A program made the position numbers and the translations under genes. A stretch of 63,281 bases of DNA from Girardia tigrina (Eukaryota), in assembly GCA_001938485.1 (NCBI GenBank), contig MQRK01168095.1, forward strand, positions 1 through 63,281, read 5' to 3'. The first letter of the stretch is position 1. Every line of letters begins with the position of its first letter. Shown in pieces: positions 25,605 to 39,487 of this stretch. The notes under the pieces were generated by a model. That model searched no databases. It was not told the DNA's origin and saw only the letters and a list, made by a program, of their open reading frames with translations.

Positions 25605-26962
25605 ACTAGGATCAAATATTGATAGTAAAATCGTATTTATCTTCAACGTCAATACTATCTGAATCATTGTCCGATAAGTCAGAAAGAAGATTATTGCCTT
25701 TATCTTTAAGTGTTATAAAACAGTCTACTGTTTTCTAAATTGTTATTTTCAATTTTTGTGACGCTGATTGGAAAAAAATTATAAATACAATTAAACACTC
25801 ATAGGCGCTTAATGAGTGGGCGTAATCTAAGAAAACTCCGATATTCATTTTGTTCCGATTTTGTATAATGATTTTTGGATCTTATTTCCCTTTTAATGGG
25901 ATTCGGTTATGACTACTAAAACCTTTAGTGAATTAGCGGTAATTAAATACGTTTCAAATGTCGGATAATTTAAAGTTTTTGATAGTTTTTAACAAAGATT
26001 TTGTTTGTTTGGATTTTTTTATTTATTTGGTATGTCAAAAAAGGAGAGGTATTTAATAAATATTTCTTTATTATTTATAAATAAATAAAATAAATTTATG
26101 AGTGTGATACTAGAACTCGGAAGATGACATCAAAACTGTTAACCATCAAGACTTTGAAGATATAAAAACAAGAGTACCTAGATTATTTTATATTTATTGT
26201 TCATAAATTTGCATTTAAATTACAATTTTCACATAAATATATTCATATTTTACTAAAATCTTTATGTATTATGATAAAATATCCTGTAAAAAATCATTGA
26301 GTGCTAAAGTACGATGAGCAGATATGACAGTTATTAATATTATAAACTGTGTAAAATAAATAAAATTAATAAATTAATGTTTATTATAATATTTTATGCA
26401 GATGTTTTATACTTATTTAACTGCTAATAATAAAAAATCTGAATTTATTAATATATTAACGAGAAACTTATGACAGTACTTGATGAATACACTTCAGGAA
26501 TTGCTACTTATCTCTTTGCAAAAAACATTTACTTTCCAATTTTAAATACTAAATCAATAAATTAATTAAAATATATTTTTATTTTTTATTTATATTTATT
26601 ATAAAAATTTATCAAAGAATTAATTGGGAAATTAGCTCTAGGTCGAAATAATGACATAGGGTCGTGATACTCAGTCGGACTTCCTGCTTCTATCAACTAG
26701 TTTACTATTATATTTTCACGGTCTTTCTAATCCTTAAGTTGATGAATAGTTTTTGATTTTAATAAATTAATGATCTTCTACAAAATCAAAAGTAAATTTG
26801 AATAAAATGTTTAAAAAATGAGTCTAAAGTTGGCTTTGACAATATTTTTGAATGGTATCCCTTCACATAAAATATAGACTGAAAGTTATATTTGTTTCGA
26901 TTACGTGACTTAATATTCCTCCTTTTCTTTATACCTCTAAAATGTTTATTCGTCTGTTAAAG

Positions 26963-27534
26963 GGATCTACGACAAAACGCCGTGAATAAAAACGTCGCAT
27001 TTAATAATTAAATTAATATTATTAAAATTATTAAATGTCGTAAAATTTTATTTCATTAATATTAATATTATTAAAATGAATATTATTAATTGAAAATTTT
27101 TCAAAAAAGGGCCTAAATTAACCTATAAATAAGATGAAAATGTCTGGGAGTCGCATATTTGTGGCGAAAAACTAAATTATAGAAAATTTAAAAGGAGCCC
27201 AATCCGTTTTGTAGATAGAATATTTTGTTTTTATGAAAATATTTTAAATAATAAAAAATCATATAAAAATATTATTTTATTCTAAAATTTAGAATTATTT
27301 TTTATAATAATATTGAAAAATATTGTCTTTATTTTTAATTTTTTAAATTTTAAATAAATTAATACTAAAATTAAAAAATAGTAAAAATTTGAATAAACAT
27401 TCATTTTAATATTCATTTTAATAATATTAATATTAATTAAATAATATTTTACTAATTTTAATAATATTAATTTAATTATTAAATTCAACGTTTTAGTCTG
27501 CGGTGTTTTATTTGAGGCGTTTTGTAATGATACC
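26963..27534. mobile_element. Mutator-type MITE with long AT-rich TIRs
   Basis: Exact 9-bp TSD CTGTTAAAG, GG...CC termini with ACAAAACGCC/GGCGTTTTGT, long imperfect inverted arms. Confidence 0.85.
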
Positions 27535-30022
27535 CTGTTAAAGGTATCAAAATACCAAAAAAACTTTAATTATACCAGTAGTCCTTACTATAAATCAAAT
27601 CCTTTTGCGATTAATTTAAAATTTAATTATTTTAATTTTAATCTTTCTGAAAGAATTCATCAAAAAGAAAGACAACAAAAGGAGATGTACCTTTCAAACT
27701 TTTGAAATGCCAATATTTCTTCTTTACAATGTTTTACAGAAAAATATAATCATTTACAAGTTTAATTTTTCCATTTGAATGAAATAAAATTAATATTTAG
27801 TAAAATAATTGAAATATCTAAAAACAACGATTACCCCCTTAAAATACAAAACTCACATAATTTTAGTCCACAATATTTCTATTATGAAAATATAAAATAT
27901 TCAATTTACTAATATTTTTATCATTTTTATAGGTTTATTCTGTTGTTTTTTAGAATTTATTTCCTGTTAAAAAATTACTATATTATTATCAAGTCTTGTA
28001 AATGTTAGCTTAACATTATTGATAAATAACTTAATTAAAGCATTTAAAAAATGATCATATTACTTATGTCGATGCATTCTTACATAATAAGTAATAAATC
28101 GTTACAAATTAAATCAAATAAAAATGAATTCAAATAAAAATAAAATATAATATAAATAAATATAACTGTTAGGAAGAATATAAGTATTATAAAAGATTAT
28201 TATCAAATTATTGTTTAGAATTATCATTCAAATCTTTATTAATTTATTTGAAATTAATTAAATACGGTTCAAATTATTTCGTAATTAATTTTCTCGTGTT
28301 TTATGTTTTGTTTTAATCAGAATAAATTTTTGGTAACAAGTTTGAATTCGTATTGTTAATTCAATTTAGATATCGACTAACAATAACAAATTAAAATATT
28401 ATTATTTTATTTAAATTAAGATTTTAAGTATTGGAACGGCTTTACATTGTCAATTTAAATAGTGACTTTTGTGATTCGCAGAACTGCCGCTTGTAATGTA
28501 ATTAAATCTATTTACCAGATTAGCTTGAAATTCACAATCCTCTTTCAATTTTGCCCTTTGGATATGAGTGAAACCAACATGGTTCCACCCATACTTGTAA
28601 ACCATACTCTTCTAAAATCCTCTAGACCCTTCCGTATATGATTTCTTAATAATCTGTTTGTACACTTTAAATTATTCTTAAACTTCTCTTACCCTGTGTC
28701 TGTGTACTAAATTTGTCTAATATTACCATAAGGTATTATTCTATTCAATAGTTTCTGTACATTATTGTTTCTCTTGAGTTATAATTTTAAAGTTTAATTA
28801 TTTCCTATCGACAAACTTTAAAAATCGAATCTCCTTCGAATTCCGATCTTTTATTAATTATGTATCAATTTTGAAAGTGATTCCTAAAAACGAATGCTGT
28901 TTATATTTATTTCATAGCACATGAAAATAATCAATAAATATAATCTAATAAATTAAAAAAATTATATACATTAATTAAATTGATACAAAATTCCGATTAT
29001 AAATGGAAAAAAACCACAAAATAATTGGGATAACCCTCTTATTTTGGAAAAATTTTAATCATAAATAATTTGGGAAAGAAAGAGGATTCTCAAACAACAT
29101 TTGTCTGGTAAACAGACATTTTTACTGAAACTTCAACAAATTCTTCCTCTTCATCAGAAATGGTAGACTCATCATCTTCCATCAAAGTAATTTTCAGCAT
29201 TTAAAATATATATATATATATATATATATATCATAAATATAAGCTACAAAATATAATGAACTGATGATTTTGATAAATTTTCAAATAAAATATTAATTAA
29301 AAAAAGGAATAAAATTAATTTAAATCGATTGAAAAAATGTAACTCTTCGTCCTCCTCAAAGATTACTGTAAATTTCATCATTTCAATAATAATAATATAG
29401 ATGGAGTAGTATAAAATAGATATTAAATCAGGGAAAAGAAATAATAATAAAATAAATATTTAAAATATTAAATTAAAATTATTTTTTCAATAAATTATCA
29501 ACACCAACCTTACTTTAATTGAATGAATATATTTACTTTCAGCTTCCTGTTGAATTATTTATATCAACATTTCTCGATTTTATTGGATAAAATAATCATT
29601 TATTATATATTTATTCTCGAATAAAAGAAAAATGTTTTTATAATTATTATTTTTTATTGGAATTTTTTTAAGTATCCACTTTGAAATTTAATAATTTATG
29701 TTAAATTTCTAAAGATAAATATTTGTTTTTCATTAGTTTTTTTTAAATTAATTTTAATCAATTTAAGCTTCATTTATTTTTTAATACTTGAATGTAAAAT
29801 TATTTTAAATTTTCTTTTACTCATATCATAAGAACACCTTTTAATGCCTAATTGATCAGAGATAATTATTTGACCGAGACGTAACTACTTTATTTTCCGT
29901 TCATGCACGCAACTTCTTGGACGGTCAAATGGATGATCAGTATTACTAATTTTAATGATCTGTTTATAATTTTCATGAAACATTAATTTTTAATGATATA
30001 AAATTTTTTTTATCACTCTATC

Positions 30023-32166
30023 CATGGGCGCCCATAGAAGGCAGAGCAGGGCACTTGCTCCCCCTGGAAAAATAATGTTTTAAAAAAATAATTTCATTAT
30101 GAAATTGGAAAATTATAATTGGATGCTAAAGGATTTCTGCTGCTACAATCCAAAAAAAATAAATAAAATAAATAAATCATTAAAATAAATAAATAAAATA
30201 AATAAATAATTAAAAAAATAAATAAATCCAAAAAGATAAACAGGTTGAGGAAAATTACATTCCGAAAATCGATTAATAAACAAAGAAATGAATAAGAAGG
30301 AATGAAAGATTTTTATCATTAAATAAGGTGATTTTATTAGATTATTAGGTTGTTCGATATGAAACGGGTCAAAATTAAAGTAAAATGTAAATCGATTTTT
30401 TTTAAATAATAACATTTTATTTTTAATCAAAATATCCCCCCATGTTGTCAACACACNNNNNNNNNNNNNNNNNNNNNNNNNNNNNNNNNNNNNNNNNNNN
30501 NNNNNNNNNNNNNNNNNNNNNNNNNNNNNNNNNNNNNNNNNNNNNNNNNNNNNNNNNNNNNNNNNNNNNNNNNNNNNNNNNNNNNNNNNNNNNNNNNNNN
30601 NNNNNNNNNNNNNNNNNNNNNNNNNNNNNNNNNNNNNNNNNNNNNNNNNNNNNNNNNNNNNNNNNNNNNNNNNNNNNNNNNNNNNNNNNNNNNNNNNNNN
30701 NNNNNNNNNNNNNNNNNNNNNNNNNNNNNNNNNNNNNNNNNNNNNNNNNNNNNNNNNNNNNNNNNNNNNNNNNNNNNNNNNNNNNNNNNNNNNNNNNNNN
30801 NNNNNNNNNNNNNNNNNNNNNNNNNNNNNNNNNNNNNNNNNNNNNNNNNNNNNNNNNNNNNNNNNNNNNNNNNNNNNNNNNNNNNNNNNNNNNNNNNNNN
30901 NNNNNNNNNNNNNNNNNNNNNNNNNNNNNNNNNNNNNNNNNNNNNNNNNNNNNNNNNNNNNNNNNNNNNNNNNNNNNNNNNNNNNNNNNNNNNNNNNNNN
31001 NNNNNNNNNNNNNNNNNNNNNNNNNNNNNNNNNNNNNNNNNNNNNNNNNNNNNNNNNNNNNNNNNNNNNNNNNNNNNNNNNNNNNNNNNNNNNNNNNNNN
31101 NNNNNNNNNNNNNNNNNNNNNNNNNNNNNNNNNNNNNNNNNNNNNNNNNNNNNNNNNNNNNNNNNNNNNNNNNNNNNNNNNNNNNNNNNNNNNNNNNNNN
31201 NNNNNNNNNNNNNNNNNNNNNNNNNNNNNNNNNNNNNNNNNNNNNNNNNNNNNNNNNNNNNNNNNNNNNNNNNNNNNNNNNNNNNNNNNNNNNNNNNNNN
31301 NNNNNNNNNNNNNNNNNNNATATATCTGTCAAGAAATATCTTATTTATTTTCATACGATAGTTCAAAGTTAAGTTATACGCGATTGAAATGTAAGGTGTG
31401 AAGTTTGACCCGTTTCATATCGAACAACCTAATAAATACTTTGAAAATATATTTTAAAAATATATATTTAACAAAATATTTCAGTATAATATATAAATAT
31501 ATCATAAAAGATCTGTTTTATTCCATATCTGGATTTATTATTAATGTCTTTAACTGAAAGATTTTTCTTAGACAATCAACCTGCTTTTTAACGTTAATCA
31601 ACTGATTCCGAGAAATATGCACCAATTATCAAAGTCAAAGTGAATAATTTGGTTTGCGTATTGGGATGAAAAAACCAAAGAAGTTGAAAATCTTAGTATT
31701 TTGTATTTAATACAGCATACATTGGAATATCATCCTTCAGTTTCTTTTGGCACTTACTCTTTCAAAAAATATTTCTACAGTAGAAAGGAATTTCTACACC
31801 CTAAACAGGGTTAAAACTTGGTTACGAACGACCATGGAAGAGAGCACGTTGGATGGCCTATGCATGATGAGTGTTCTTCGTCATTTAATAGAAGAAATAA
31901 TTGAAATTTAAAATAATTGAAGTTATTTATCCTTTTCGATTAGAGAAACTGAAATTGCAATTTCTTTTTTCAAATAATAAATAATCTTTTTAATATTATT
32001 TAATTTATTTTTCATGTTGTTTTTATTTATGTTTGAGTTTAATAAGTGATTTTTATTTTTATAATTTTGTGATTGAAAGAAAAAGGTCAATAAATTTAAA
32101 GTATATGATTTTTTTATATTAAATATTTTATTTTGGCCCCTGGAAAAAGTCTTGTGAGTGCCCATG
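30023..32166 (+). mobile_element. Deleted hAT (Tip100-like) element
   Basis: Termini CATGGGCGC/GTGCCCATG with CCCCTGGAAAAA subterminal motifs. Dimerisation domain VERNFYTLNRVKTWLRTTMEESTLDGLCMMSV at ~31730-31880. Confidence 0.75.
30345..31432. mobile_element. Young mariner-type element nested in the hAT, interior mostly assembly gap
   Basis: Perfect 29-bp TIR TTAGGTTGTTCGATATGAAACGGGTCAAA with TA TSDs. Confidence 0.8.
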
Positions 32167-32869
32167 ACTCATTATCTAATAACTTGAAGTTCTTGACATT
32201 CTATTTTAATCAACTTATCCTAGGAAATTCTAAACAGTTTTTTGCTTCCTTAATATTTATTGAAATTAACTTTTGAATTGTAAAGAAAACCAATACATTA
32301 ATTTAAAGTTTTATTAGATAATCAATTTGGATCATTCTTGACACAATCCATAGTAGAACTTTCATTCGTGCATATTCTTATTCAAGATTGTGAGGAATAT
32401 TTTAAATTTTTTGAATGTGTAACTGTTTGGATGCTGTATGTTGATTTAAGTATGTTGAATTTAGAATGGTGATTCTCCCACCCAGATGGAAATTGGTATC
32501 TTTTATTAAATTTAAAGGATTGACTATTCGAACACAATTAAAATAATCATTTGATAAGTTCATATTCTTAATTTCCCAATTAAAATTAAGTTTAATAATT
32601 TTTAGTAAAATTTAAATTAAATGCATTTTTAATAATTGGATGACATTTTTATTATTTTGGGATTTATTGAGAAATTGTAAAAATTATTACTTTTTAATTA
32701 ATATTTTTAGAGGTTAAATATTTTAAAAAATAACTTAGAAAAATTGTTCGAATAATCATGATTAAAAACAGAAATAAGAAAACCAATTAGAACGATGGCA
32801 AACGATGAAAGGGCTTCTGAGAGTTATAATGACTCTAAATGTAATTGCAATAAAAATTCAAATGAGCCT

Positions 32870-35150
32870 TGTCTAAATGTTCTTAATAAAGATTAATAAT
32901 TTTTATCCAATCATTTAGACTAATTCAAAACTTTAAAAATCTTTTTAAAATATTTACTATGAATTTCATTGGTTAAAATTTAAAATAAATATCAATTATT
33001 TAAAAATATCAATTTGATTTTTGTGTTTAATAATTTAGAATAAAATTTATCGAATTAATTTAAATTTTACAAAAATATTAAATAAATTTAAATACTATGT
33101 TTCAATTTAAATCATTTTTAAAGATAACAAGAATAAAAATATTAATCAACCATCTGGGTAAGAGAAACACAATCCCAAATACACTCATAACATGCAAACC
33201 CAAAGCATTAAAAATTCGGAACATACCTCACAACCCCCTCGATTTAAATGTCGTTAGCCATTCCGAATTCCTGTTCAGAATTTTACAATCATCTAACCCA
33301 ATGTCATAATTTCTTTCGTACCTTCAGATTTTTACTGGGGACCAATAAGTAGATCGATCTTCTGTCTTTGCTATATTTTTTTTCTTTATACATACTTTGT
33401 CCCCATTATGAAATATCTGTTGTGTCTCTGTCGTAATTTTGCTCTTTTCCAACTACGTTTCTGGGTATATTCTCCCTTAAGTCTTAGCTTTCTACCAAAT
33501 ATCATTTCTGTTGGTGGTATTGGTAGCGTGAATTGTGCAATTCAATATGAATTCTATTTCTGAATAAATCTTTGTCCAATCTTTGTGGGTTTAATCTTTC
33601 ATCCGCCTCTAATTGTTCTAAATTATCTTTCAATTATTCTACTTGTATTGTGATGATAAGAGCTAGAGTACATTTTCTTTACTTCGAGATTCTTCAACGT
33701 GTCTTTGAAAAGTGCTTCTTTAAACGTTTTCCTCTACTGACTTGATTTTTCTTTGGTAGTTTAATTTTCATGTCCATTTCTCTAGTAATAACTTTCGGGC
33801 GTTTTTTTCCATCTTAATGCATCACTGCTCTCCAACTAATATGTCTATTAAATTCGTCAAAATTGACAAAATGTACCCGTTAATTACTCCGCACGTTTCG
33901 GTCTGTTTATCAAGAAAACAAGACTCTTCTTTTGAAAACATTTATTTAAGAACAAGAATAAAGAATCACGCTTAATTTAAATATTCGCCGAAAATCTGAA
34001 TATTAAAACAAATATATTTATTTGTCATATATTCATTTTATCATTTAATAATTCAAATTAAGATCATCGTGTTAATAATTACAATGAACGGGAGAGAACA
34101 ACACACTCAACAAATTTCAATCAACACACATTAATTATCAGACAAACCCCTCACAGTACCCATTCACATTTCTTTAGTAAAGTTCACATAAAATCTTCGA
34201 AAAGGCTCATCAACCGATTGTTTAGTGTGACTTTCTTTTGTTTTCATTTTTACAGAGTCACCCTAGTTTACAATTTTCACAGCTTTGTATATATTTTTTT
34301 TTAATTTTCACTGACATTTATATCAACATAATCATTGTCATTATGTTTGGAATCCAATATTTACTTTCTGTTGTAGAAAAAATATCATCTTTTAATATAC
34401 ATTCGTTTATTTTTCTTTCAAGAAATCTTCTCTATTTTTTCATAATTCTGCTGCTTTATAAATCCGTTTGGATTATCAACTAGTGCTAAGATTCTTATTT
34501 TTATTTTCAATTTCTTAGCTTCTTCGTGCATTTTTGACACTGACTGCCCAATTAGAAAGAGTGTCTTGGCATTGGATCAGCGTTAGAATGTTTTTACCTT
34601 TTCAATATTCTATTCGCATATCTAAATCCCTAAAACAATCTATATAAATCTGAAATTGTGGTGTTATGGGATTTTCGATATTCAAAATAAAGGGTAAAGC
34701 TTCGTGATTAGTTCTCAATAAAAATCTAATACTTTACAGGACGTGTTTAAATTTTTGAGTAAAATAAAAAACAGCAAGCAACTTTTTAATATAATCACAA
34801 TATACCAGCTTGTGTTTGTTCATTTTATGTGATTCGTACGCAATAACTCTTTCTTCCATACCTGTCGTTCTGTGATGATGTGGCCAAGATTGTTTAGTAA
34901 GTTGCATCTGTGTGGAGTATAAATTCTTTCTGATAGTCTGGTTATGCCTGAATCTGGGTTTGAATCATTGTTTCTTTCGATTTGAGAGTTTATATAATCG
35001 CATTAGGTACTTTTGATTTAGATTGGATAATAGATATTTAGGTTTGAATTGTTTACTTAGATTTGAAACTTTTAATTTATATTCGAAAATTTTTCTCTTG
35101 AAATTATTTTTTTTTGAAATTTCATTTTTATTTTACAGTGAAGAGATACA
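32870..35150 (-). mobile_element. Decayed Gypsy LTR retrotransposon (RNase H, integrase, PPT, 3' LTR)
   Basis: Remnants PDYQKEFILHTDA, RVIAYES, LLRTNHEAL and integrase YHHNTSRIIER. PPT GAGGGGG sits immediately before the LTR start TGTGAGG at 33232. Confidence 0.8.
33878..34155 (-). mobile_element. Solo LTR (278 bp) nested in the Gypsy integrase
   Basis: Starts TGTGAGGGG, ends TTAACG, exact 5-bp TSD GTACC (33873-33877, 34156-34160). Confidence 0.8.
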
Positions 35151-36354
35151 ACTAGATATTGTTATTCACTATATTCTTCATTTACATTTTGCATGTATAC
35201 TCTACACCTTTCAGTAAGAATGAGTATAGTCTAAATTATAGTTACAGAATGAAGTTTAAATTATTCATTTATAATTGTATTTTAATGCACATTTGTTTTC
35301 AAATGGGAACTTTTTTGTACTAATGTTCCCATCTGGGAACATTTTTTATCTTTTTATTTTTTGAAACTTTTTGTTTTATTTCTATTTTTCATGTTTCATT
35401 CATTATGTTATAGAAAAATTATTTATTGTGTAATTTTAGTAGTTCAAATAAATCTTATTAAACAATGTGGTGTTCTAATGTTATTTATTAGCTTTAGAAA
35501 CATTATGTTTTATCAGTTTTCCGTATTTATAAACTTTGCGTTTTAATCATTTAAAGTCTCATAAATTAAGTAATTCAATAATTTGTGGTAAAATATTCTA
35601 TTTAATAATCTAGTAGAACCACCATCCCTTAATCATCGTTTCATTGCACCATCGTGGATTAGACTAATCCAGATGTAAGTATGTAATTGCCTTGTTCTTT
35701 CTATTTCATGCGATTAAAACCTTTATCTGAAAATCCATTCGAACTTGCTCTCCGGAATTTCAAATTATGTGTCTTATCCTACTATTAATATGATATCCGA
35801 CGTTTCTTTAATTAGCTTGTCTTATCCTTCCATGTTAAAATTGACTGTGAGTGACCAAGAGTGTCTTTTCTTTACTTTTATCAACCCCTATCAATACTCA
35901 GCTGATCCGACGGGCCTTAAATTTGATACAGATTTTAGAACCCGAAGGCACTTAGACCTTTGGTCTAATCTCAGGTGTAATGGAATGAGATACGCCCTTC
36001 AGCAGCCTAATGAAGCTGTTGGGCAGTTAAGAGTCTGGTTTCCTTTTATAAACTGCTGCGAAGAGCAGCTGTTAGCTCAAAGCTAGTTTATTTCAGTTGT
36101 AGGTTCTTAAGCGTTAAGTTGCTGTTCTTTTCTTACTCATTCTTACTTAATACCACCAAACAGACCTCAAAAACTTTAGTATAAAGTATGTAAAAAATAA
36201 TGAATATATTATTGATAAAAATTTGTTTTAATTGGTAAAATAAGAATCTTTATTTATCTTTTATCGTAAATTAATTATAAAAATATATAAATTTAAAAAT
36301 AAAAAGCAATAAAAAACAATTTTATGAAGTCTCTTGCGGATAAAATCGGTTCAT

Positions 36355-36450
36355 ACCTTGGAAAAACCTGTGATACAGAAGAGGTATGTAGATGACGTCT
36401 TTCTTTTGTTAAGAAACCAATTCCTGATAAAACCATTCTTTACATTCTTA
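36355..36450 (+). mobile_element. Penelope-like RT fragment
   Basis: EKPVIQKRYVDDVFLL is homologous to KKPLLYKRYVDDIFL in the element at 40200. Confidence 0.55.
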
Positions 36451-37405
36451 AAAAGCCATCTTGATAATAAGCACAACAGACTCGGGAGTAAACAATACAC
36501 TTTATTTTCTTGATATTGGTTGGGTTTCCGAGGAAGATATAGATTTCTTCGAAGACTCAACAAAAATAATTTATTAACTGGTTCACTTTCCGAAGTGGTT
36601 TTTCTAGAAAAGCAGGTCGATGATATTTTTGTTAGAACTTTATGCGTGGTTGAATTTAACTTATGTATCAACCTAAATTATGTAAAATGTGCACTTCTTT
36701 TATATTTTATTTAATTAAACTCAATGAAGAAGAACACAACAAAGTTTGTTTTAAAAGGTTTATTTTTTATTCACAATTTACAAATAGCATCAATATTTAT
36801 ACATACAAGAAAACCTTACAAAAGTTGCCTATTCTATTCAATTTTTGACTGGGGAGTTTCACTCCCCAAGCAGAAAGGTTCACTTTGAAATATGATTTTC
36901 AAATATAGATAAATATATGATTTTAAATTTAACCGATTAAAATTAGATACTTTACTCAAAATTTATTATTACTTTAACGTTATTTTAAGAAATCACTCTC
37001 AAATTAATTTTCCTTGATCCAATTATACAGCGCCTCAATTATTTAGCTCAATGGCTTATCTTCGAAATTTAAATGTCTTCCAAATTCAAATTTGACTCGT
37101 AAGCTCAACTGGTTTGATCAAATGACATCCAATTATCTTCACTTTCTTCGGCAATAAAATAATTGTATCCTCGCATTTATGCTCGCCAATTACCTTTAAA
37201 AAATTTTAAAAATGTGTCTTTGGCTGATTCTACAATCAGCTTTTTATAGTTTTTTCAGTCCTTACGGACTTTAATTTTAAACTTAATCTTTGATTCTTGA
37301 AGAATCAACTATTTTTCAGATTTTGAATTACTTTGGCCTGCAGGACTTGAACATTTATTTAATATTTAAATTTATAATTTTTATTTTTTATAATTTGTTT
37401 AAATA

Positions 37406-38321
37406 CAGTTTTGGCTCAAAAGTTTCTGTCGATGAATAAAACTTTCTAAAATTTGTTCTATGCATTCGCGATTAATGAAATTTTTACAATGTACTCTTCA
37501 GGAGTTTTGTTAACAATATATGTTAAAATTTTCACAATTTGAACAGAATAAAATACTTAATTTGTATGAAATTAAACATTGTTTAAATCTATTACGAATG
37601 TTTTTTTTGTTTTTCTAGTGAGTATTCGTACTGAAAATTCAGTTTTCTCGAGAAGATATTAGAAAAATCATTTATTACAACTGGATGAGAGAACTGTCAA
37701 CTGCCAATAATAATACAGAAATCGACTGCATCCTTGGTGAAGGCACAGTTGGCCTCAGAACAGGCTTCGATTGGGTAGCAAAATTCAATAGTGGAAACTT
37801 TGTCTGTGGGGATGAGCCACGAAGTGGACGGCCGTCATACAATTAACTGTTCTCAAAGAAGATCCGCGAGCTACAACAAGAAAATTACATGGAAAAATTG
37901 AATGTAGCCGTTTTTGAAAAACGGTGAAGACAAATGTCTCATGGGAATATTTATATTCAACACAACAATGCGAGGCCCCACACGGCTACTATCACACAAG
38001 AGAAGATTATTCAGTTTCGTCCCCACATTCTTGAACATCCACCATATGCGCCTTGGTCCCTTTTTCGACCAATTAAATCTGCCTTGCAAGAAAAGGATTA
38101 CGCCAGTTCAACTGCTGTAATGCACGATATTCAACAATGGGCTGACTCAAAACTGCAGCAATTCTTCAAAGGATGGTATCAACAAGTTACCGGTGAGGTG
38201 GCAACAATGCACTGAGCATGATGATGAATATTTCGAAAACTTATTTGACGTTGATGATTAAATACTTTGTTTATATTCATTTGTTATTGAAATTTCGGCA
38301 GAAACTTTTGAGCCAAACCTG
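37406..38321 (+). mobile_element. Internally deleted mariner element
   Basis: TIR CAG[G/T]TTTGGCTCAAAAGTTTCTG[C/T]CGA with TA TSDs. Motifs WVAKFNSGNF..GDEPRSGRP and HNNARPHTA...LEHPPYAP. Confidence 0.9.
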
Positions 38322-39443
38322 TATAAATAATAATATTTCTACTTCTTTATTTTAAAATATAAATAATATGAATATTAATAACTCTTATTATTATTCTAAA
38401 CTTTTATTTAATTAAAACAAATTAAAAATAAAAATAAATAAACACCTTCTCAATCATATTCTTATCACTAGGATGAATAGGAAATATGTAACTGAATTAT
38501 ACAGAAAGACAACAGATAGAAGTTTCGTCAAAATGTTGAAGGAATATTTTAAAACTATATTATTGTATCTCATTTGTTTTATTTATAAAAATAAATAAAG
38601 TATAAATCGGAAGAGTTTATATTTTTAAATATTAAATTATATTTTCTATATAAATAAATAAAGCAAATAAGAAAGTTTAGATAAATAAAAGAAAAGCAAA
38701 TTTAGATTAGTTAGAAGAAATAATAAATAAAAGAATAAAAATAATAAATAAAACTAAATTAAAAAGAGAAAGTAATTAAAAAATAGATAATAAGAGGTCA
38801 TTATTAATTAAGAAGATTCAGATTTTAAGTTCAAGATCTAAGAAAAGTTTATTTTAAAAGTCTAAGAGAGTCATGATTATTAGATATAGTTTAGACGTCA
38901 TTCCAACGTCGCATAAATAAATAACGGAAACTCGAATCTAACTTAGACGTCGTTCCAAACGCCGCATAAACAAAAAATCGTATTTAAAGAACGATTAAAT
39001 TCGAGAAAAAAGAGCAATCAAATAATTGAACTGAATATAACAATATAACAGTTTATCGAGTAATTATTTTTGATAATAAATATCATTATATTATTTTATA
39101 CTTTGTGCTGGAACAATACAATTTTAAATAAAAATATCAGAAATATGAGTTGTCGTTAAGGATCTCGGTTCTCAAATATAAAATCGGCCAGGGGCCAAAT
39201 AAAATATTATTTTTCACTTTTACTTTGTAACTAATTATCGTAAAATTAAAATATATTTTTTATAAAACAAAAATGATTGTGTTCTTTTATTAATTTTTAT
39301 AAACATACCAAACACTCAACAAAAACACCACAGAGTTTTTGATGAAAAATAAAGAGAGGCTAAAATACTGTTGAGGGAATATCTCAAATTTTATAATTTA
39401 TATGTATTTAAAAACAAATACACGCCATTTAAAAATATATTTT

Positions 39444-39487
39444 AGGATAATATATTTCGACGGTTTAACCGTCATCATCAGATCACT
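39444..39487 (-). ncRNA. Minimal type I hammerhead ribozyme
   Basis: Same core as 1454-1497, with perfect stem II GACGG/CCGUC. Confidence 0.8.

Noticed and set aside
28430-28760. Possible TIR-domain-like coding remnant on the minus strand
   Set aside because: Short, interrupted by stops, and the resemblance is too weak to support.
30143-31401. Long ORFs of 294-407 aa in the ORF track
   Set aside because: Artefacts of N-runs; the same applies to the ORFs across 40942-41162.
33885-33935. Minus-strand GAAGA-stem-GAAAC motif inside a solo LTR (retrozyme-like)
   Set aside because: CUG of the core, the cleavage triplet and helix I are all missing.
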